From: an uncultured virus (IMG/VR IMGVR_UViG_3300037400_006954)
Lineage: Duplodnaviria > Heunggongvirae > Uroviricota > Caudoviricetes
IMG/VR virus record: IMGVR_UViG_3300037400_006954
Direction: 5' to 3' (one strand)
DNA: 64,000 nucleotides
In this document: positions 34,449 to 46,500 of the stretch, piece after piece
How positions within the stretch are numbered: the first letter of the stretch is position 1
Layout: every line of letters begins with the position of its first letter
Notes under the pieces: generated by a model
What the model saw: only the letters and a program-made list of their open reading frames with translations
What the model was told of the DNA's origin: nothing
Databases searched by the model: none
Position numbers and translations under genes: made by a program

Positions 34449-34775
34449 CTAGCTTACTCTGAACGACTCTATTATCCCGTTTCCGTCCCCGCTGCACTCG
34501 TGCTCCAGCGACAAGCCGCGGTCTTCGAACCGGAGGCTGAGGTCGCCAAGGGCATTGCAGTACGCCTCCGTCTGGTCAAGCTGGCCTCCGGCCCTGTATT
34601 CGATCAGGACGTTAAGCCAGTTGTCTTCCGGCTCCTCTTCGTTTTCGTGAGGAACTATCTCTACGTGCACCCCGTAGGTACGGGACACGGTGTCGGCGAT
34701 CGTTTCGGCACGGTTTATCCCGGCCCTTATGCTTCCGCCGAGTTTCTTGTACGCTTCTTTGCAGTTCATCTCCAC
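34449..34775 (-). CDS. Hypothetical protein
   Basis: 108-aa ORF, AAGGAGG RBS. Confidence 0.6.
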   Translation of the reverse strand: MEMNCKEAYKKLGGSIRAGINRAETIADTVSRTYGVHVEIVPHENEEEPEDNWLNVLIEYRAGGQLDQTEAYCNALGDLSLRFEDRGLSLEHECSGDGNGIIESFRVS

Positions 34776-35563
34776 CTCCTTTGATGCTGCCTATAGGCGT
34801 CTACTCCTGCAGATCCATCCTCGAGCCACCAGTTCTCCAGCGCCACGAAGGCATATATGACCAGCGCGGAGAATATCGCCCACACCAACCAGAACACGGC
34901 AACGGCTACCGAGTGCGTGAAGTCCCTGTACAGGGACTCTATCGTCTCCCTGTCGTAGAGCACGGTCTTGTCGCTCAGGGTGTCGCGCTCCAGCTTGGTA
35001 TACGCGGCCGCCATGAACCTGGGCCTTATCATCTCGAAGTCTATCCGCCTGTGGTATCCGTTCGGCACTTCCCTGCACGCCCTGCTGACGCCGGAGTACG
35101 AGAACTTTCCGTACGCGAACTCCGTCCCGATGTAGTTCACCTTCTTCGAGTGCAGGGTCTCGGAGTCGTACCTGTCCCACGTCCAGTACACCTCCGTCCT
35201 GGTATGGTGGTGCGTATGCCCCTTTCCGTCGGTAGTGGTGTAGTGCACGACGCGCGTGTGCCTCGTGTACTTCCTGTACACGGCCTCTATGAACAGCCAC
35301 TCACCTCCCAGCTTGCCGTGCGTTACGGTGTCCACGGCGGAGAACTGCCCTTCTACGAACGCGTTTCCGACGTCCGTCTGCATTGCCGTTAAGAACTCGT
35401 CGGGCTCGGATATCTTCGCCGCCTGCCTGTACTGTAGGTTCCTCTGGTTGACCCCGTGCTCTATCCGCGTCGCTACGAGAAATCCGATAAGGAATAGAAC
35501 TGAGGCGATCGTCACTGAGAAGATCGCCTCGCGCGGGGTTATCTCGACGTTGCCTACGTACAT
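34766..35563 (-). CDS. Two-TM membrane protein adjacent to LemA
   Basis: N- and C-terminal hydrophobic helices; YTRHTRVV...TEVYWTWD. Confidence 0.75.
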   Translation of the reverse strand: MYVGNVEITPREAIFSVTIASVLFLIGFLVATRIEHGVNQRNLQYRQAAKISEPDEFLTAMQTDVGNAFVEGQFSAVDTVTHGKLGGEWLFIEAVYRKYTRHTRVVHYTTTDGKGHTHHHTRTEVYWTWDRYDSETLHSKKVNYIGTEFAYGKFSYSGVSRACREVPNGYHRRIDFEMIRPRFMAAAYTKLERDTLSDKTVLYDRETIESLYRDFTHSVAVAVFWLVWAIFSALVIYAFVALENWWLEDGSAGVDAYRQHQRRWR

Positions 35564-35564
35564 G

Positions 35565-36116
35565 TCACTCGAAGAGCTTCATGGGCTTGTTGTCGCGCAC
35601 GGTGTCGTCGGCCTCGTAGTACTCGAACTTCACCGTCTCGTAGCCCGTCCAGCCAAGGAATATGCTCGTCGGGAACTTCCTTACGTAGCGGTTGTAGTCC
35701 CTTACGAACTCGTTGTACGCCTTCTTCGTCTGCGCCAGGTGGTTCTCCATCAGCGAGATCTCCGTCATGAGCTTGCTGTAGTTGGCCTGGGACTTGAGGT
35801 CGGGATACCGCTCCTCTACGCGGCTGAACGCGGCGATGCACTGCTTGGCGTCCTTGGCGGACATGTTCTTGCCACGCGCCGTGATCACCTCAAGCAGCGT
35901 CTTGTATTCGTGCTCGTCGTACTTCTTGACGCACTCGGCCAGCTCGGTCAGCTTGTTGAAGCGGTTGGAGAGCTGCACATCTATCCCCGACTTGGCGGCG
36001 TTCACCGACTCCTCGAGCGAGATGGCCCCGTTCTTGGAGCTGAATACGCAGCATACGGTGATCAACGCGGCGCCGAGAATCGCGGACAGGATTATAAGTG
36101 TGAGTTTCATTTGCAT
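35565..36116 (-). CDS. lemA: LemA family protein
   Basis: N-terminal TM, IDVQL..R, ERYPDLKSQANYSKLMTEI...EN, YN..VR.FP. Confidence 0.9.
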   Translation of the reverse strand: MQMKLTLIILSAILGAALITVCCVFSSKNGAISLEESVNAAKSGIDVQLSNRFNKLTELAECVKKYDEHEYKTLLEVITARGKNMSAKDAKQCIAAFSRVEERYPDLKSQANYSKLMTEISLMENHLAQTKKAYNEFVRDYNRYVRKFPTSIFLGWTGYETVKFEYYEADDTVRDNKPMKLFE

Positions 36117-36164
36117 TTTCCCTTTCTTTGCATGTATTCAGGTCTTGCCGTTAGCAATGACCTG

Positions 36165-39100
36165 CTACTTGACTGCCGGGGCCTTCTGCCAGTGCGGCAT
36201 GCTGCTTCCCTGGATCATCGTCTCCTGGTAGCCCAGCTCCGCCATCTTCTGTTCATTCCAGTAGTTAAGGTACACCAAGCTCGTCAATGTGACGACGAAG
36301 CAGATGATTATCGTCAGCCAAAGCGAGAGCCAGAATTTGTTGTCGTTCATGTTGTCCTCCTTATTGTGTGTTTCGTGCGTATGCACGTTTGGTTTATGGT
36401 TTGTCTGTTATGACTGCAGTAGTCCTCAGTCTCTATCACGAGCTTCGCAGACTCGCATTCCGTACGCTCTACGTACGATACTTCGCTATCCCAGGCGCCG
36501 GACAGTTCGCATATGGAGTGCAGTGCGCACTCAAGCTTCTGCGCGGTGCACGGCAGCGACACTATTGTGCGCTTCTTCGTCGTCTTCTTCATCGTCTTCT
36601 CCTCCGTATGATGTCCGGTTTCCGGTTTTTCCCGGCCCTTCTCGTCAAGCAGAACACGTCAACCCGCTCGCGCATGGACTTTCCGCGCCACAGCGGGTGG
36701 GTGAACGCCTCGTCGCACTCCTCCCCGTCGTATGCACGGCATCCGTTGTCACGGTCGTAGTCAGGGCAGAACGTGCCGACGCAGTTTGTCTTTATGAATT
36801 CCCTCGTCGTCATGGGACGTCCTTTCTAGCCGCCTTTTCCGGCTACTGTGATTGAGATCGACACGGGCCTGCCGGTGAACGGCTCCGTATGCAGCGTAAG
36901 GCCGCGGTCTTCGAAGTTTTCCCGCATCCACCTGTAGTACTCATCGCGCCTTGCATCCCTCTCCCGGAACACCTCCGGGGCAACGGACGAGTCTGTCCTG
37001 TTCAGGTAGGCGTCGAGCTCCCCCCACTTGCGTATCGCCGCAAGAAGGAGGCTCTCGTAGTCTATGTTGGTGTTTATGTGCATGCGACTAGTCCTTTTCC
37101 TCCATTGCCCTTGCCATCTCCGCCTTTACGTTGAAAGGCACGGAGAACATCTTCCTCTTGCCGAGGTACACGGCCACCTCCATGTCTCCCTTGTCCATGT
37201 CCGTATACATGAACCTGGAAGATATGTCCTTCGCCGCCTCCACCCCGTACATGCCGCATCGCGTGCACGTGTCCAGCATCCGCATGAGCCTGTCCTTGGT
37301 GCGGAGCATGACCTTCCCGGCGGTCCAGTCAAAGCCCCCGCCTACCTCGGACACCGGCTCTGCCACGGCCGGAGAGACGCACTTGGCGACCTCGACGCAG
37401 ACCTCAGCGTCGGGATCGTGCTTCTGCAGCCTGTCAATCAGTTCGCGCACTTTCATCGAATTCCTCCTAGTCGTCTGGCCAGTTCTCGCGCTGTATGCTG
37501 GCTATGTCTATCTCGTGCTTCACTTCGTCCCTGATGGCGTCCATGCACTTCACGCGGGCAAGACAGTCGTTGCATGAACTGCCAGGCCCTACATGGCATC
37601 TGTTGAAGCACTGGTTCCTCTTGCGCACCATCCTGGTCATCACTATAGACATTATGTTGACGCCCTTGTAGTACGTATACGACACAATGCCTATGGCTAC
37701 CGCAACCAGCGTCAGCGCCATCAGGGCGGCGCCCGATACTACTATGTACTGTATGTAATCTTGCATTCGAGCCTCCTCTTGTACTTGTCACGCCTTTCCA
37801 CCGGCCGCCTCCTCATCCAGAAGCGAGATGATCTCGCCATGGCATGCTGTACCATTGCATGTTGAAACCGCAGTCATCCCTTGCTTCCTGCGCTTCCTTC
37901 CTTTACCTCTTTCCGCCGGCTTTCGATGCGGGCCGCAAGTTCCTTTATCCTGGCTACCATCTCCTCGCCTTTCTCCCAGAACTTCGACTGCATATCGTAG
38001 TATTCCGGCGAAAGTTCGGACAGGTTTCCGTCGTTGATCCTGTCGAAGTCCTTCTCCCATTTCGCAGGACACTTGAAGATGTACGTCCCGTAGGTCGTGT
38101 CCTCTTCCCAGTCCTCGAAGCGTAGATAGTTGGGGTCTTCGTAGAGTTTCTCTTCGCCGTAGCCGCTGTTCTGGTTCGCGGAGCCGACCCGCGTGAAGAT
38201 GTGAATCTCCCTTACGTCTCCGTTCCTGTCGAAGAGGCAGTCGCGGAAGCGAGGCCACTCGTTCTGCTTCCTGCCGAGCATCGGCATTACCAGTATGCAG
38301 GCTGGGCTGAATCCGTTTATCAGGTTGTACAAACTCATTTTCGTTTTCCTTTCTTTTTAGTGCGGATGGCATTGACATACGCCCGCGCCACCCTTGGATA
38401 GTATTTGAGGTCCTTGTCCTCCCATGTCTCCTCGATGTCATACAACACCCGATAGGTGACTCTCATGCGCTTGGCAACCTCCTGCATGGTGAGATTCGCC
38501 TTCGCACGTTCCGCCACGAGGGCATTTATTCTTTTGCGGCTGGCGAGTTTTTCCTTGACCTCGCGCTCGATATCCGGGTCGCCGAGCAGGTCTGCTACCA
38601 GTTTCGCCGCCGTGGTGTATTTCTTCTGGTCTTTCACTCCCCGCCTCCTTCCTTCTCGGCACAGGGCATCTGCGCCCATTTCATTATGCACTCCCTGAAC
38701 GTGTCCTTGCTTAGGGCACAACTTCCGCATCCGCCCTGGTCGTGCAGGCAGAAGTGGCGCATCCGGTCTGACTGTTCAGTTGCCGTACCGACGTCGCAGT
38801 TTCGCGGCGGCTCGGCAAGGGCGTCCTTTACGATGCGCTCGATTTCACCGGCCTTGCCCAGCGCGCCGTGGACCTCGCCGTCCGGACCGATGTACAACAG
38901 CTCGTCGAGACGCTTAAGCGCCTCGCGCAGTTTGTTGCTAGTCTGCATTGCCGCCCCCTTTAAGAAACGCTTTGGCCGTCCTGTATACAGTACCCAACTC
39001 GCTAAGTTCGTGGGCGTGCGACTCCGTCAGTACCTTGATGGCGATCAGCCCATTGCGCAGCTTCGCCTCGTCGCCGCGCTCCGCGCTCCTCCTTGACCTT

Positions 39101-39990
39101 AATTCCCTGAGCCAATCGGCAAGCTGCTTATGTTCGCGCTTGCAGGCCGTGCAGCAGTCGCCCGCCACCTCGTTGGCGTGGGCGATTGCCTCGTCTAGCG
39201 TCAAAGGCTTAGTCGCGCATTCAGGTGTTTCCACCGCCTTCATGTCATTTGCTTCCATTGGTCTTCCTCCTCCCTTTCTTTGTGCTGCCGTAATCGTCTG
39301 GTGCATTCGGGGCATTGATGAGGTCGAATGCCGTGTTTAGCAGAAGGAATCCAGTTAAGCAAACATAGAGGGAATTGCTCTTGTTGCCAGCCTTGAACTC
39401 CATGCCGCCGACGAAGCACAGGAACCCGAAGGCCAATATGCTGCCGAGCACCGTCAGAAAACGTCCCAATGACATATCAGCCTCCTTCCGAATTGTCCGC
39501 CCCGGTGTCTACCGCCAGGACACTCGCGCCTGTGATGGCGTCGCGCCAGAACGACGACTTGACCGCGTCGTCGTAGTGGTCGTCCAAAGCCATGCGCACG
39601 GAGTCGACCCTGTCGGCGTCGTCCTCTCCGCCGACAAGGAACTCCATGTCTACCGCGACCCTAGCCCGCACCACCCTGCGCGCCATGCCGCTCATGCAGT
39701 TTATTTCGAACATTTCAGTCCTTTCCGCTTCGTAGCGGCGGTCGTTTCCTGTTGCGAAGGCTTTTCGTTCTTGTGTTCGAGTCTCCACATAGCGACTATC
39801 CTGTCGGCTATGTTGTTCTCTATCTCGGCCATGAGCCTGTATTTTTCGCCAAGCGTGATGGCTATAGGCTTTTTAAGGTCGGCCATCTTGAGGTTGTCCC
39901 TTGCATCGCGCCTGATGCTCCTGACCAGCCTGACCAGCTCCCTGTATGTCTGCGCAAACTTGTCTGGAACTCTCATGTTTGCTCTCCTTT
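36165..39990 (-). other. Cluster of ~12 tightly packed small hypothetical phage genes
   Basis: Minus-strand ORFs of 60-155 aa with overlapping start/stop codons (e.g. 36589-36813, 36826-37083, 37088-37456, 37467-37766, 37874-38338, 38634-38948, 39245-39475). Confidence 0.6.
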
Positions 39991-39995
39991 CTTTG

Positions 39996-40376
39996 TCATG
40001 CAAGCACGATGTAGGTCGCTATTATCTGGCCTACGTGCAGCGTCTGGTCGTGCCACAGGTTGATCAGCTTCGCGTTCGCCTTGAGATGGTCTACGAGCGC
40101 ATGCAGTGCGGCGTTTGCCAGTACCGCCTCGGCCCATATAGGCGAACTGTACAGCGGGAGAAACGTCACAAGCGACCAGTACAGCGAATGGCACAGAAGC
40201 GCGCACAGCCAGTCGTACTTGTACAGCTCCTTGTCGTAGCAGGGCTTTCCATCCTCCGTCTTGACGTACTTGAATAAGTCGTCCCACCACATCTTCGTCT
40301 TCATCTTGCCGAGCAGCCCCTGCAGGGTGAAGTCTGCGAAGAAGTGGCAGAGAAGCATCAGCATCACTATCTTCAT
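39996..40376 (-). CDS. DUF3307-like membrane protein
   Basis: HFFADFTLQ, H, HALVDHLK, DQTLH. Confidence 0.8.
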   Translation of the reverse strand: MKIVMLMLLCHFFADFTLQGLLGKMKTKMWWDDLFKYVKTEDGKPCYDKELYKYDWLCALLCHSLYWSLVTFLPLYSSPIWAEAVLANAALHALVDHLKANAKLINLWHDQTLHVGQIIATYIVLA

Positions 40377-40394
40377 TTTTCCCTCCTTTGGTGT

Positions 40395-40679
40395 CTATTC
40401 ACACAGTCTGCATTCATAGAAGAGGTACGCCGTGTCAGTGCAGTCGTCGTAGTAGTAGACGTCCTCGTCGATCATCTCCCGTATCCTCTGGTAGTTGCGC
40501 GTCCTGCCTTCTACCTCGTGCTCCCGCATGTCGGCTACCGCAGCGTCGGAGGCACTCTCGAAGGTCCTGTGGACCTCCGGGAACGTCAACCCGTCGTGCG
40601 TTATCGAGAGAACCCATACCATTTCCTGGGGTTCTTTTGCGTTTCCGTCGTTGTCACTCATGGCTGCCTCCTTTTTCAT
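40395..40679 (-). CDS. Small acidic hypothetical protein
   Basis: 94-aa ORF. Confidence 0.55.
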   Translation of the reverse strand: MKKEAAMSDNDGNAKEPQEMVWVLSITHDGLTFPEVHRTFESASDAAVADMREHEVEGRTRNYQRIREMIDEDVYYYDDCTDTAYLFYECRLCE

Positions 40680-40801
40680 TAAAATGAAAAACAGGGTCCT
40701 GACGAACCCTGTTTTGGTGTTTTAACAGTGTAATTTTCACTATAGTGAAAACAAAGCCCCGGCGGTCTCCCGCCAGGGCCTGTTGTCGCATGGGGGCAGG
40801 C

Positions 40802-42103
40802 CTAGGCTTGCGCCGGAGCCTGCTCTTCCTGTGCTTCCTCTTCCTTGTCGTCCTGGTCCTCCGGGAACGCCCCTCCGAACTGCGTTTCGAACGGAAGTCC
40901 GTATCCGCGGATCCTGAGGCCGTCCATCATGGCCATGAACATGTCCTGGTTCGAGTGGAGGTCGTTCATGAACTCCTCCTTGGACTTGTACGCCTGCTGC
41001 CTGAGAAGCGGGCAGTGTATGCCGCCTGCGTCCCTGTACAGCGCCCTTCCGCCTCCGGGATTCAGGACCTGTCCGGGGGCGAACGGCGAGTCTGGGTGGG
41101 CGAGGAGGAAGTTGACATCGGTGTTGACGATGTTGTAGCCCCCCAGCTTCTCCCTGTACAGGTCTACCGTGCGCCACCTGGGCGCGAACTTGTTCTTGAA
41201 CGTCTTCAGGCTCTGGATGCTTCCCATGTCGGCCCCGGACTCCATCCACTTCCTGTCGGAAACGTCGAGTCCGAACGACATCGCCCCGGCAAGCGCCTCC
41301 TGTCCGAGCGCGCTCTTCTGGGGTCCCCCGTAGGACATCGGCCCTGTGGACACCTTGGCGGTCTCCAGCGACGTGACGAACAGGGTGGTGTCGGTCCTTG
41401 CGAACCTCTGCTGCCTGTCCCTGAGGTACCTCCTCAGTTCGCGCGAGACATACGCCATGGCCCCGGAGTTGCTTATGTCGAGGACGTCCTGGGACGCCTC
41501 CTTCTTGTCTCCAAGGGCCGAGAACGAGTCCACGCCGAGTATGATCGGGTACTTGTTGGTCGGATCCTGCGCGTTGGTGAACACGGTCTTGCGGACCCTT
41601 CCGGTGTCGCCTATGGAACCTCCGAACCCTCCCCTTACCTGGCACACGATGGTGTCGAGGACGGAGAACACCGCCCCGAGGGAGTTTGCGGAGATGTAGG
41701 CGAACGAGTCCGGGTTGAGCCCGAAGTACTGGATGTAGTCAGGCGGATTCGGAGCCCCCTCCGTCTCCACGTGGCCGACCCAGGCCTTTACGTCGTCGTC
41801 GGTCTGGCCCCTCAGCGCGCACGCATACATGTAGTACAGGAAAGAGGACTTTCCCGCAGAGTAGCTTGCGCGCAGCTGGGTTATCCTCCCGGTCGGGAAT
41901 CCCTTGCAGCCCAGCATGTAGGACAGGGCTATGCACGGGACGCCTGTCAGGGGGTCGATGAACGGGATCCACTTCAGCTCCTTGTAGAGCTTGGACGCCG
42001 TAGAGACGATCACCTCGTCCTGGTTCACGGAAGCCTGAAGGGAGGCAATAAGGGCCGAGAGACCCCTATTGCCGCCGTCGGCCTGCTTTTTCAGTCTAGG
42101 CAT
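40802..42103 (-). CDS. RecA/UvsX-like recombinase
   Basis: GFPTGRITQL, P-loop SYSAGKSS, ETEGA, LGVDSFSAL, KTFKNKFAP. Confidence 0.88.
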   Translation of the reverse strand: MPRLKKQADGGNRGLSALIASLQASVNQDEVIVSTASKLYKELKWIPFIDPLTGVPCIALSYMLGCKGFPTGRITQLRASYSAGKSSFLYYMYACALRGQTDDDVKAWVGHVETEGAPNPPDYIQYFGLNPDSFAYISANSLGAVFSVLDTIVCQVRGGFGGSIGDTGRVRKTVFTNAQDPTNKYPIILGVDSFSALGDKKEASQDVLDISNSGAMAYVSRELRRYLRDRQQRFARTDTTLFVTSLETAKVSTGPMSYGGPQKSALGQEALAGAMSFGLDVSDRKWMESGADMGSIQSLKTFKNKFAPRWRTVDLYREKLGGYNIVNTDVNFLLAHPDSPFAPGQVLNPGGGRALYRDAGGIHCPLLRQQAYKSKEEFMNDLHSNQDMFMAMMDGLRIRGYGLPFETQFGGAFPEDQDDKEEEAQEEQAPAQA

Positions 42104-42120
42104 GACAGCACCTCCCTAGG

Positions 42121-43431
42121 TCAGACGCCGGCTTTCCTGAGGTTGAGCTGCGTGCGCATGCGCGCGGCCAGGGAAGACGCGAGGTCTCCTCCGGTAGGCT
42201 CTCCAGGAATCGCGCCGACGCCCTGAGCGGTCTGAGCAGCCGCCGGGTTGGGGGCGAATCCAGTGGCAGGAGCCACGGGAACCGCACCGGCAGGCGCCGC
42301 TGGCGCCGTAGCGCCCTGGTACACCTGCTGGCTGCCGGGATAACCCTGCGGTGCAGGAGCAGGCGTCGGCATCACAGGAGGATTTCCCGCTGTCGGCGTA
42401 GGCATGATCGGAGCCTGGCTTGCCTGTGCCTGCATGGCCGGAGCAGCCGGCTGCGACCAGCCCTGGACGGCGTTTACGGCGCCCGGGGCAGGCGTAAGGT
42501 CCACGCGGTAGGTGTCGCCCACCGCCTCGGCGATTGCGCAGGTCTCGTCCACGCCCATTGCGTTCTTGTGGCCCTTGAGGAGCGTCACCAGGGTGTCGAC
42601 GATGTCCTGTCCGGTAGGGATGTTCAGGAAGCTCTCGGGGTCGTCGAGGTGGTACCTTGACGACAGCTCGATGTCCGAGGCCATCCTTCTCGTGACCTGG
42701 CCGCCTACGACCTCGATGCGTGCGGTGTACCCGGCACCGAACTGCCCCGCCTTGACGGGCGGAAGCTCGATGACGAACACTGGTGCGCGTCCGGGGTTGG
42801 TGATGTCTCCGTTTGCATACGCGAGCATCGGGTCCCTGGCGAGGGCCGCGGCCGCGTCGGGATAGTTCTCGAGCTGCAGGTTCCTCTGGAACACGATTCC
42901 GGTCTCCTCGTTGAGGAGCGTATTGGCCACGCTGTAGCTGGTCTCGAGGATCTGAACTCCCTTTCCGGGGTCGTCCACGTCCACGATATTGAGCAGCAGC
43001 ACGGACTTGATGGGCTTGAGCACCGCGTCCCTGAAGTCCGGGGCTCCGAACCTTCCGGACTTCGTCACCAGGTACTTCCAGTCCTGGTTGTGGTTGCAGT
43101 AGTCGAGCAGCCTCTTGTAGGGGCACGGCTCCGAGCCCTCGAACGACATGAGCGACAGGATCGGAAGCGTAGACTTCCATTCGCCGTGGCCCACGAACTT
43201 TGCGGACTGGATCATGCCGAACCACGAAGTCGGCTGGCCGTTCGACAGACACGGCACGAACCCCTGCCCGTTTGCCGGGTCGGCTGGGTTATATGCCGGC
43301 AGGATCTGGACGCGCAGAGGCGGGCTCTTCTTGGGGAATTTCACCCGCACCCCCTGCTTGTAGTAGGAGAAGTTCTTCACGTCCGTAAGCGACGTCTCAC
43401 GAGGAGACGTTATAAAGTTTCTGAATTGCAT
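42121..43431 (-). CDS. Putative ssDNA-binding protein with Pro/Ala-rich tail
   Basis: Lies between recombinase and polymerase; RVQILPA and PCP motifs as in gp32-like proteins; call is inferred. Confidence 0.45.
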   Translation of the reverse strand: MQFRNFITSPRETSLTDVKNFSYYKQGVRVKFPKKSPPLRVQILPAYNPADPANGQGFVPCLSNGQPTSWFGMIQSAKFVGHGEWKSTLPILSLMSFEGSEPCPYKRLLDYCNHNQDWKYLVTKSGRFGAPDFRDAVLKPIKSVLLLNIVDVDDPGKGVQILETSYSVANTLLNEETGIVFQRNLQLENYPDAAAALARDPMLAYANGDITNPGRAPVFVIELPPVKAGQFGAGYTARIEVVGGQVTRRMASDIELSSRYHLDDPESFLNIPTGQDIVDTLVTLLKGHKNAMGVDETCAIAEAVGDTYRVDLTPAPGAVNAVQGWSQPAAPAMQAQASQAPIMPTPTAGNPPVMPTPAPAPQGYPGSQQVYQGATAPAAPAGAVPVAPATGFAPNPAAAQTAQGVGAIPGEPTGGDLASSLAARMRTQLNLRKAGV

Positions 43432-43517
43432 GTTTTCTCTTTCTTTTTGACATTTTTCCAGACTCTCAGATAAACAGACCCACAGGTCTACAGTTCACAG
43501 TGTTGCAGATAAAATGA

Positions 43518-46500
43518 CTATTGTTCCTTTGACTTCTCGCCCCAGCGGTCGTAGCAGTCTATGTCGCATCCCAGCTGGAAGTACCGTCCTCCCCCAAGCG
43601 GTATCTTGACGGCACCCATCGTCTCCCTGAACATCTTCTTGCATTCTTCCTTTTCCTCTATAGGCAGTTCCAGCATTATCGCGTCGTGTATCTGGTTTTG
43701 TATCCTGAACTTCATGCCGTGTTCTCTCCGGTATTTCCTGATCATGTCCGCGGCGATGTTTACTGTCTGCGCCACCGTCGACTGAATCGGGAAGTTCCCG
43801 GCTTCACGCTCGAAGTCTTTGCGTATTATACCATTTCTGACGTGAAATGTCTTGCGGAACCCCCAGGGATTTACGATGTACCCGGGATCGTATACGGCCT
43901 GCTGGCACCCTTCCAGGTATGCCCAGGCGGTAGGGAACGTAACAGTCTTCCATGCGTCTATCATCTGCGAGCACTGCTGCTCTATCTCCTTGAGCGGCGT
44001 CTCCATCCCAGTTTCAGCCTTGATCATCAATGCGCAGGCCTTCGCTCCCCTTCCATACGGGATGCCGAAGTTCAAGCTCTTCGCGCTGATCCTAGGCCCG
44101 CTTTTGAACTGGGCTCTCGTTATTATCTTTCCGTCTACCTGAAGGTACCTCATGACCTTCATGTAGTGCTGGAACTCCTCGCTGCCGGCGCCTATTTCGG
44201 CGGCCAGCTTCACCAAGTCGTCTTCAGTCACCTCGTTGTCCTTCTCGTCAAGCATCTTCATGCCGAACGACGACAGGGTGGTCGAGTCGTGCAGGTCCAG
44301 GCCCGGGGTGGTCAGGAGCCTTATCATGTTCTTGTCGCCAGACACGTTCGCCATCGTGAACAGCTCGGCCTGGCAGAAGTCGCCCTCCATCATCATGAAC
44401 CCCGGAGGGGGCGCCACTATGGTCCTCAGAGGAGGCGGGACCTTTCCCTCCCCGAATATCTCGGCAAGGTATCCGTCCGCCTTTTTAGGGAAATTCTGGC
44501 TATTTCTGGTAAACGCCACCTTGCCGTTGTACCTGACTACCAGCGTGCCTTTCGGCATGGTAGCGCAGTACACCGGCCGCACCCCCTTAACATGCTCTAG
44601 GGTTCCGTTGGCAAGAGAGGAGAGTTGACGGTTGGATACGTCTATCTGGTAGCTTACGCTTCCAGACGAATTGACGTAGACTCGCTCCTGCGCCCTGTTG
44701 CCGGATAGCGCCTGAAGCGCCTGCACCAGATCAGTATTGATCGCCTTGGCGCTGCTGTAGTTGCGCCAGCCGGCTCTTACCGTACCGTCCCACAGGAACA
44801 CCTCGTCCGATATCCGCCTTATCGTATCGGCGTCGAACTCAAACAGCTTTGAGCTAAACTCCTTGAATCCGGGGAATACCATGTCTCTTGAATCCTTGCC
44901 TATGTAGAACCTTGTGCGTGGATTACCTATTGCGTTCAGGTCGTGTGACTCCCTGAATGCAACCCCGGCGTCGTTGAGCGCCTTGCGGATCCTGTCGATC
45001 TTGCGCTGTCTGGTGAACGCAAACTCTATGCCGTACGACGACTCCACCCCCTTGTACGAAGACTTGCATATATGCCCGTCAGCCTGCATGGCGCACAGCA
45101 ACGTAACCTGAGCGTCGGTCAGGTGGACTGTACCGGGACTGGAGACGATCCGTCCGGCCTGCGGAAGCATGTACTCTCCGCATTTCGGGAGATCAAGCGC
45201 TGTTACGCATTTTCTCCTGCCAGTCTTCCGGTTGTAGACCTCAAACCTGTGGTTTGGCGTGCAGACTATGTCGATGTGCTGCCTGGTGCGGAACCTCACC
45301 ACTTCGCTTGACGCCACGTGCCACTCGTCCGGAGTTGCGAACGTGACTTCGCGGTCAGGGGTTTCCGGATCCCACTGGGCCAGCTTGATGCTGCCCTGGC
45401 TGACATAGGCGTCATCCCAGTACATCCACCCTTCGGATGTCAGTACCTCCACGTCAGCCGGGAAGCAGTTCGGGTTGGACGTCTTGTACCGTCCGGTGCT
45501 CGTCGTGGGCAGGAACGACGCGTGGAGCTTGCCGTCGCTCCAGAGAAGCGACTCGAGCCCGCCTTCGCCGTCCCCGTCAGGGTGCCTCAGCCATGTCTTG
45601 CACGTCTGGTCGATTCGCCTGAACTGCAGCAGTTTCTTCACAAGTGGATGCGAATTCTGCAGCATTTCCAGGACTGACTTGTCCGTAGACGAGGCAGGCA
45701 TGTCCTCGGAGTCCATCTCGAAGCCCCCGACGGCGTCTCCCCAGCTCTGCCCTCCGGTGGTCTTCACCGGGGTCAGGCCCAGCTTGCCGAACAGGAGCAT
45801 CCGCATCTGCGGCTGCGAGTTCGGGTTGAAGTCGGGCATGCCGAGGGTCATCGCCATCAGCGTTATCTCCGAAAGCAGCTGCGCCCTCATGCCCTGGTAG
45901 GCGTCTATGAGGTCGGACAGCCTCTTCCTGTCGACGGGAAGGCCGTTTCTCTCCAGCTCGTCCGTCGCAAGCTCGTTCAGGAGCGTGCTGTCGAGCAGGC
46001 TGGGGTACTCGCCCTCGGGACCGCGGGGCTTCAGCATGCCGTACTCTTCGAGTATCGGCATCTGCGCCTTCATGATCAGCCTCGGGCATTCCACGTCCGC
46101 CCCGCCGTAAGGCATGAGAAGTGACGCAGGAACCGCGCCGTAGCCGTCCTTGCAGAACTCCTTGTGGTGGTGAACCCACAGGTCGACGTCCTTGCAGTAC
46201 CTTCCGAACGGAGTCCTCCTCATCGCAACCTCGTCCAGCCTGAACGGCCCGTCCGAGTTGATGAGGTGCTCCGCCAGCATGGTGTCGAAGACGACGTTGC
46301 CCCTTATGTCCACCCCGAACGTCAGGAGCCACTGCCAGTCGGCGATAACGTTGTGGCCTATGATCGGGTATCCGGCGTCCTGCAGAAGCCCCTTCAGGGC
46401 CTTCCACATCCTGTCCAGGTCGGGACACGTGCAGACGGGCCTTGCGAGCCTGTCCTCTATCTCCTTTCGCCTGTCGGCCGCCCTTTTCGGCCACTGGAAC

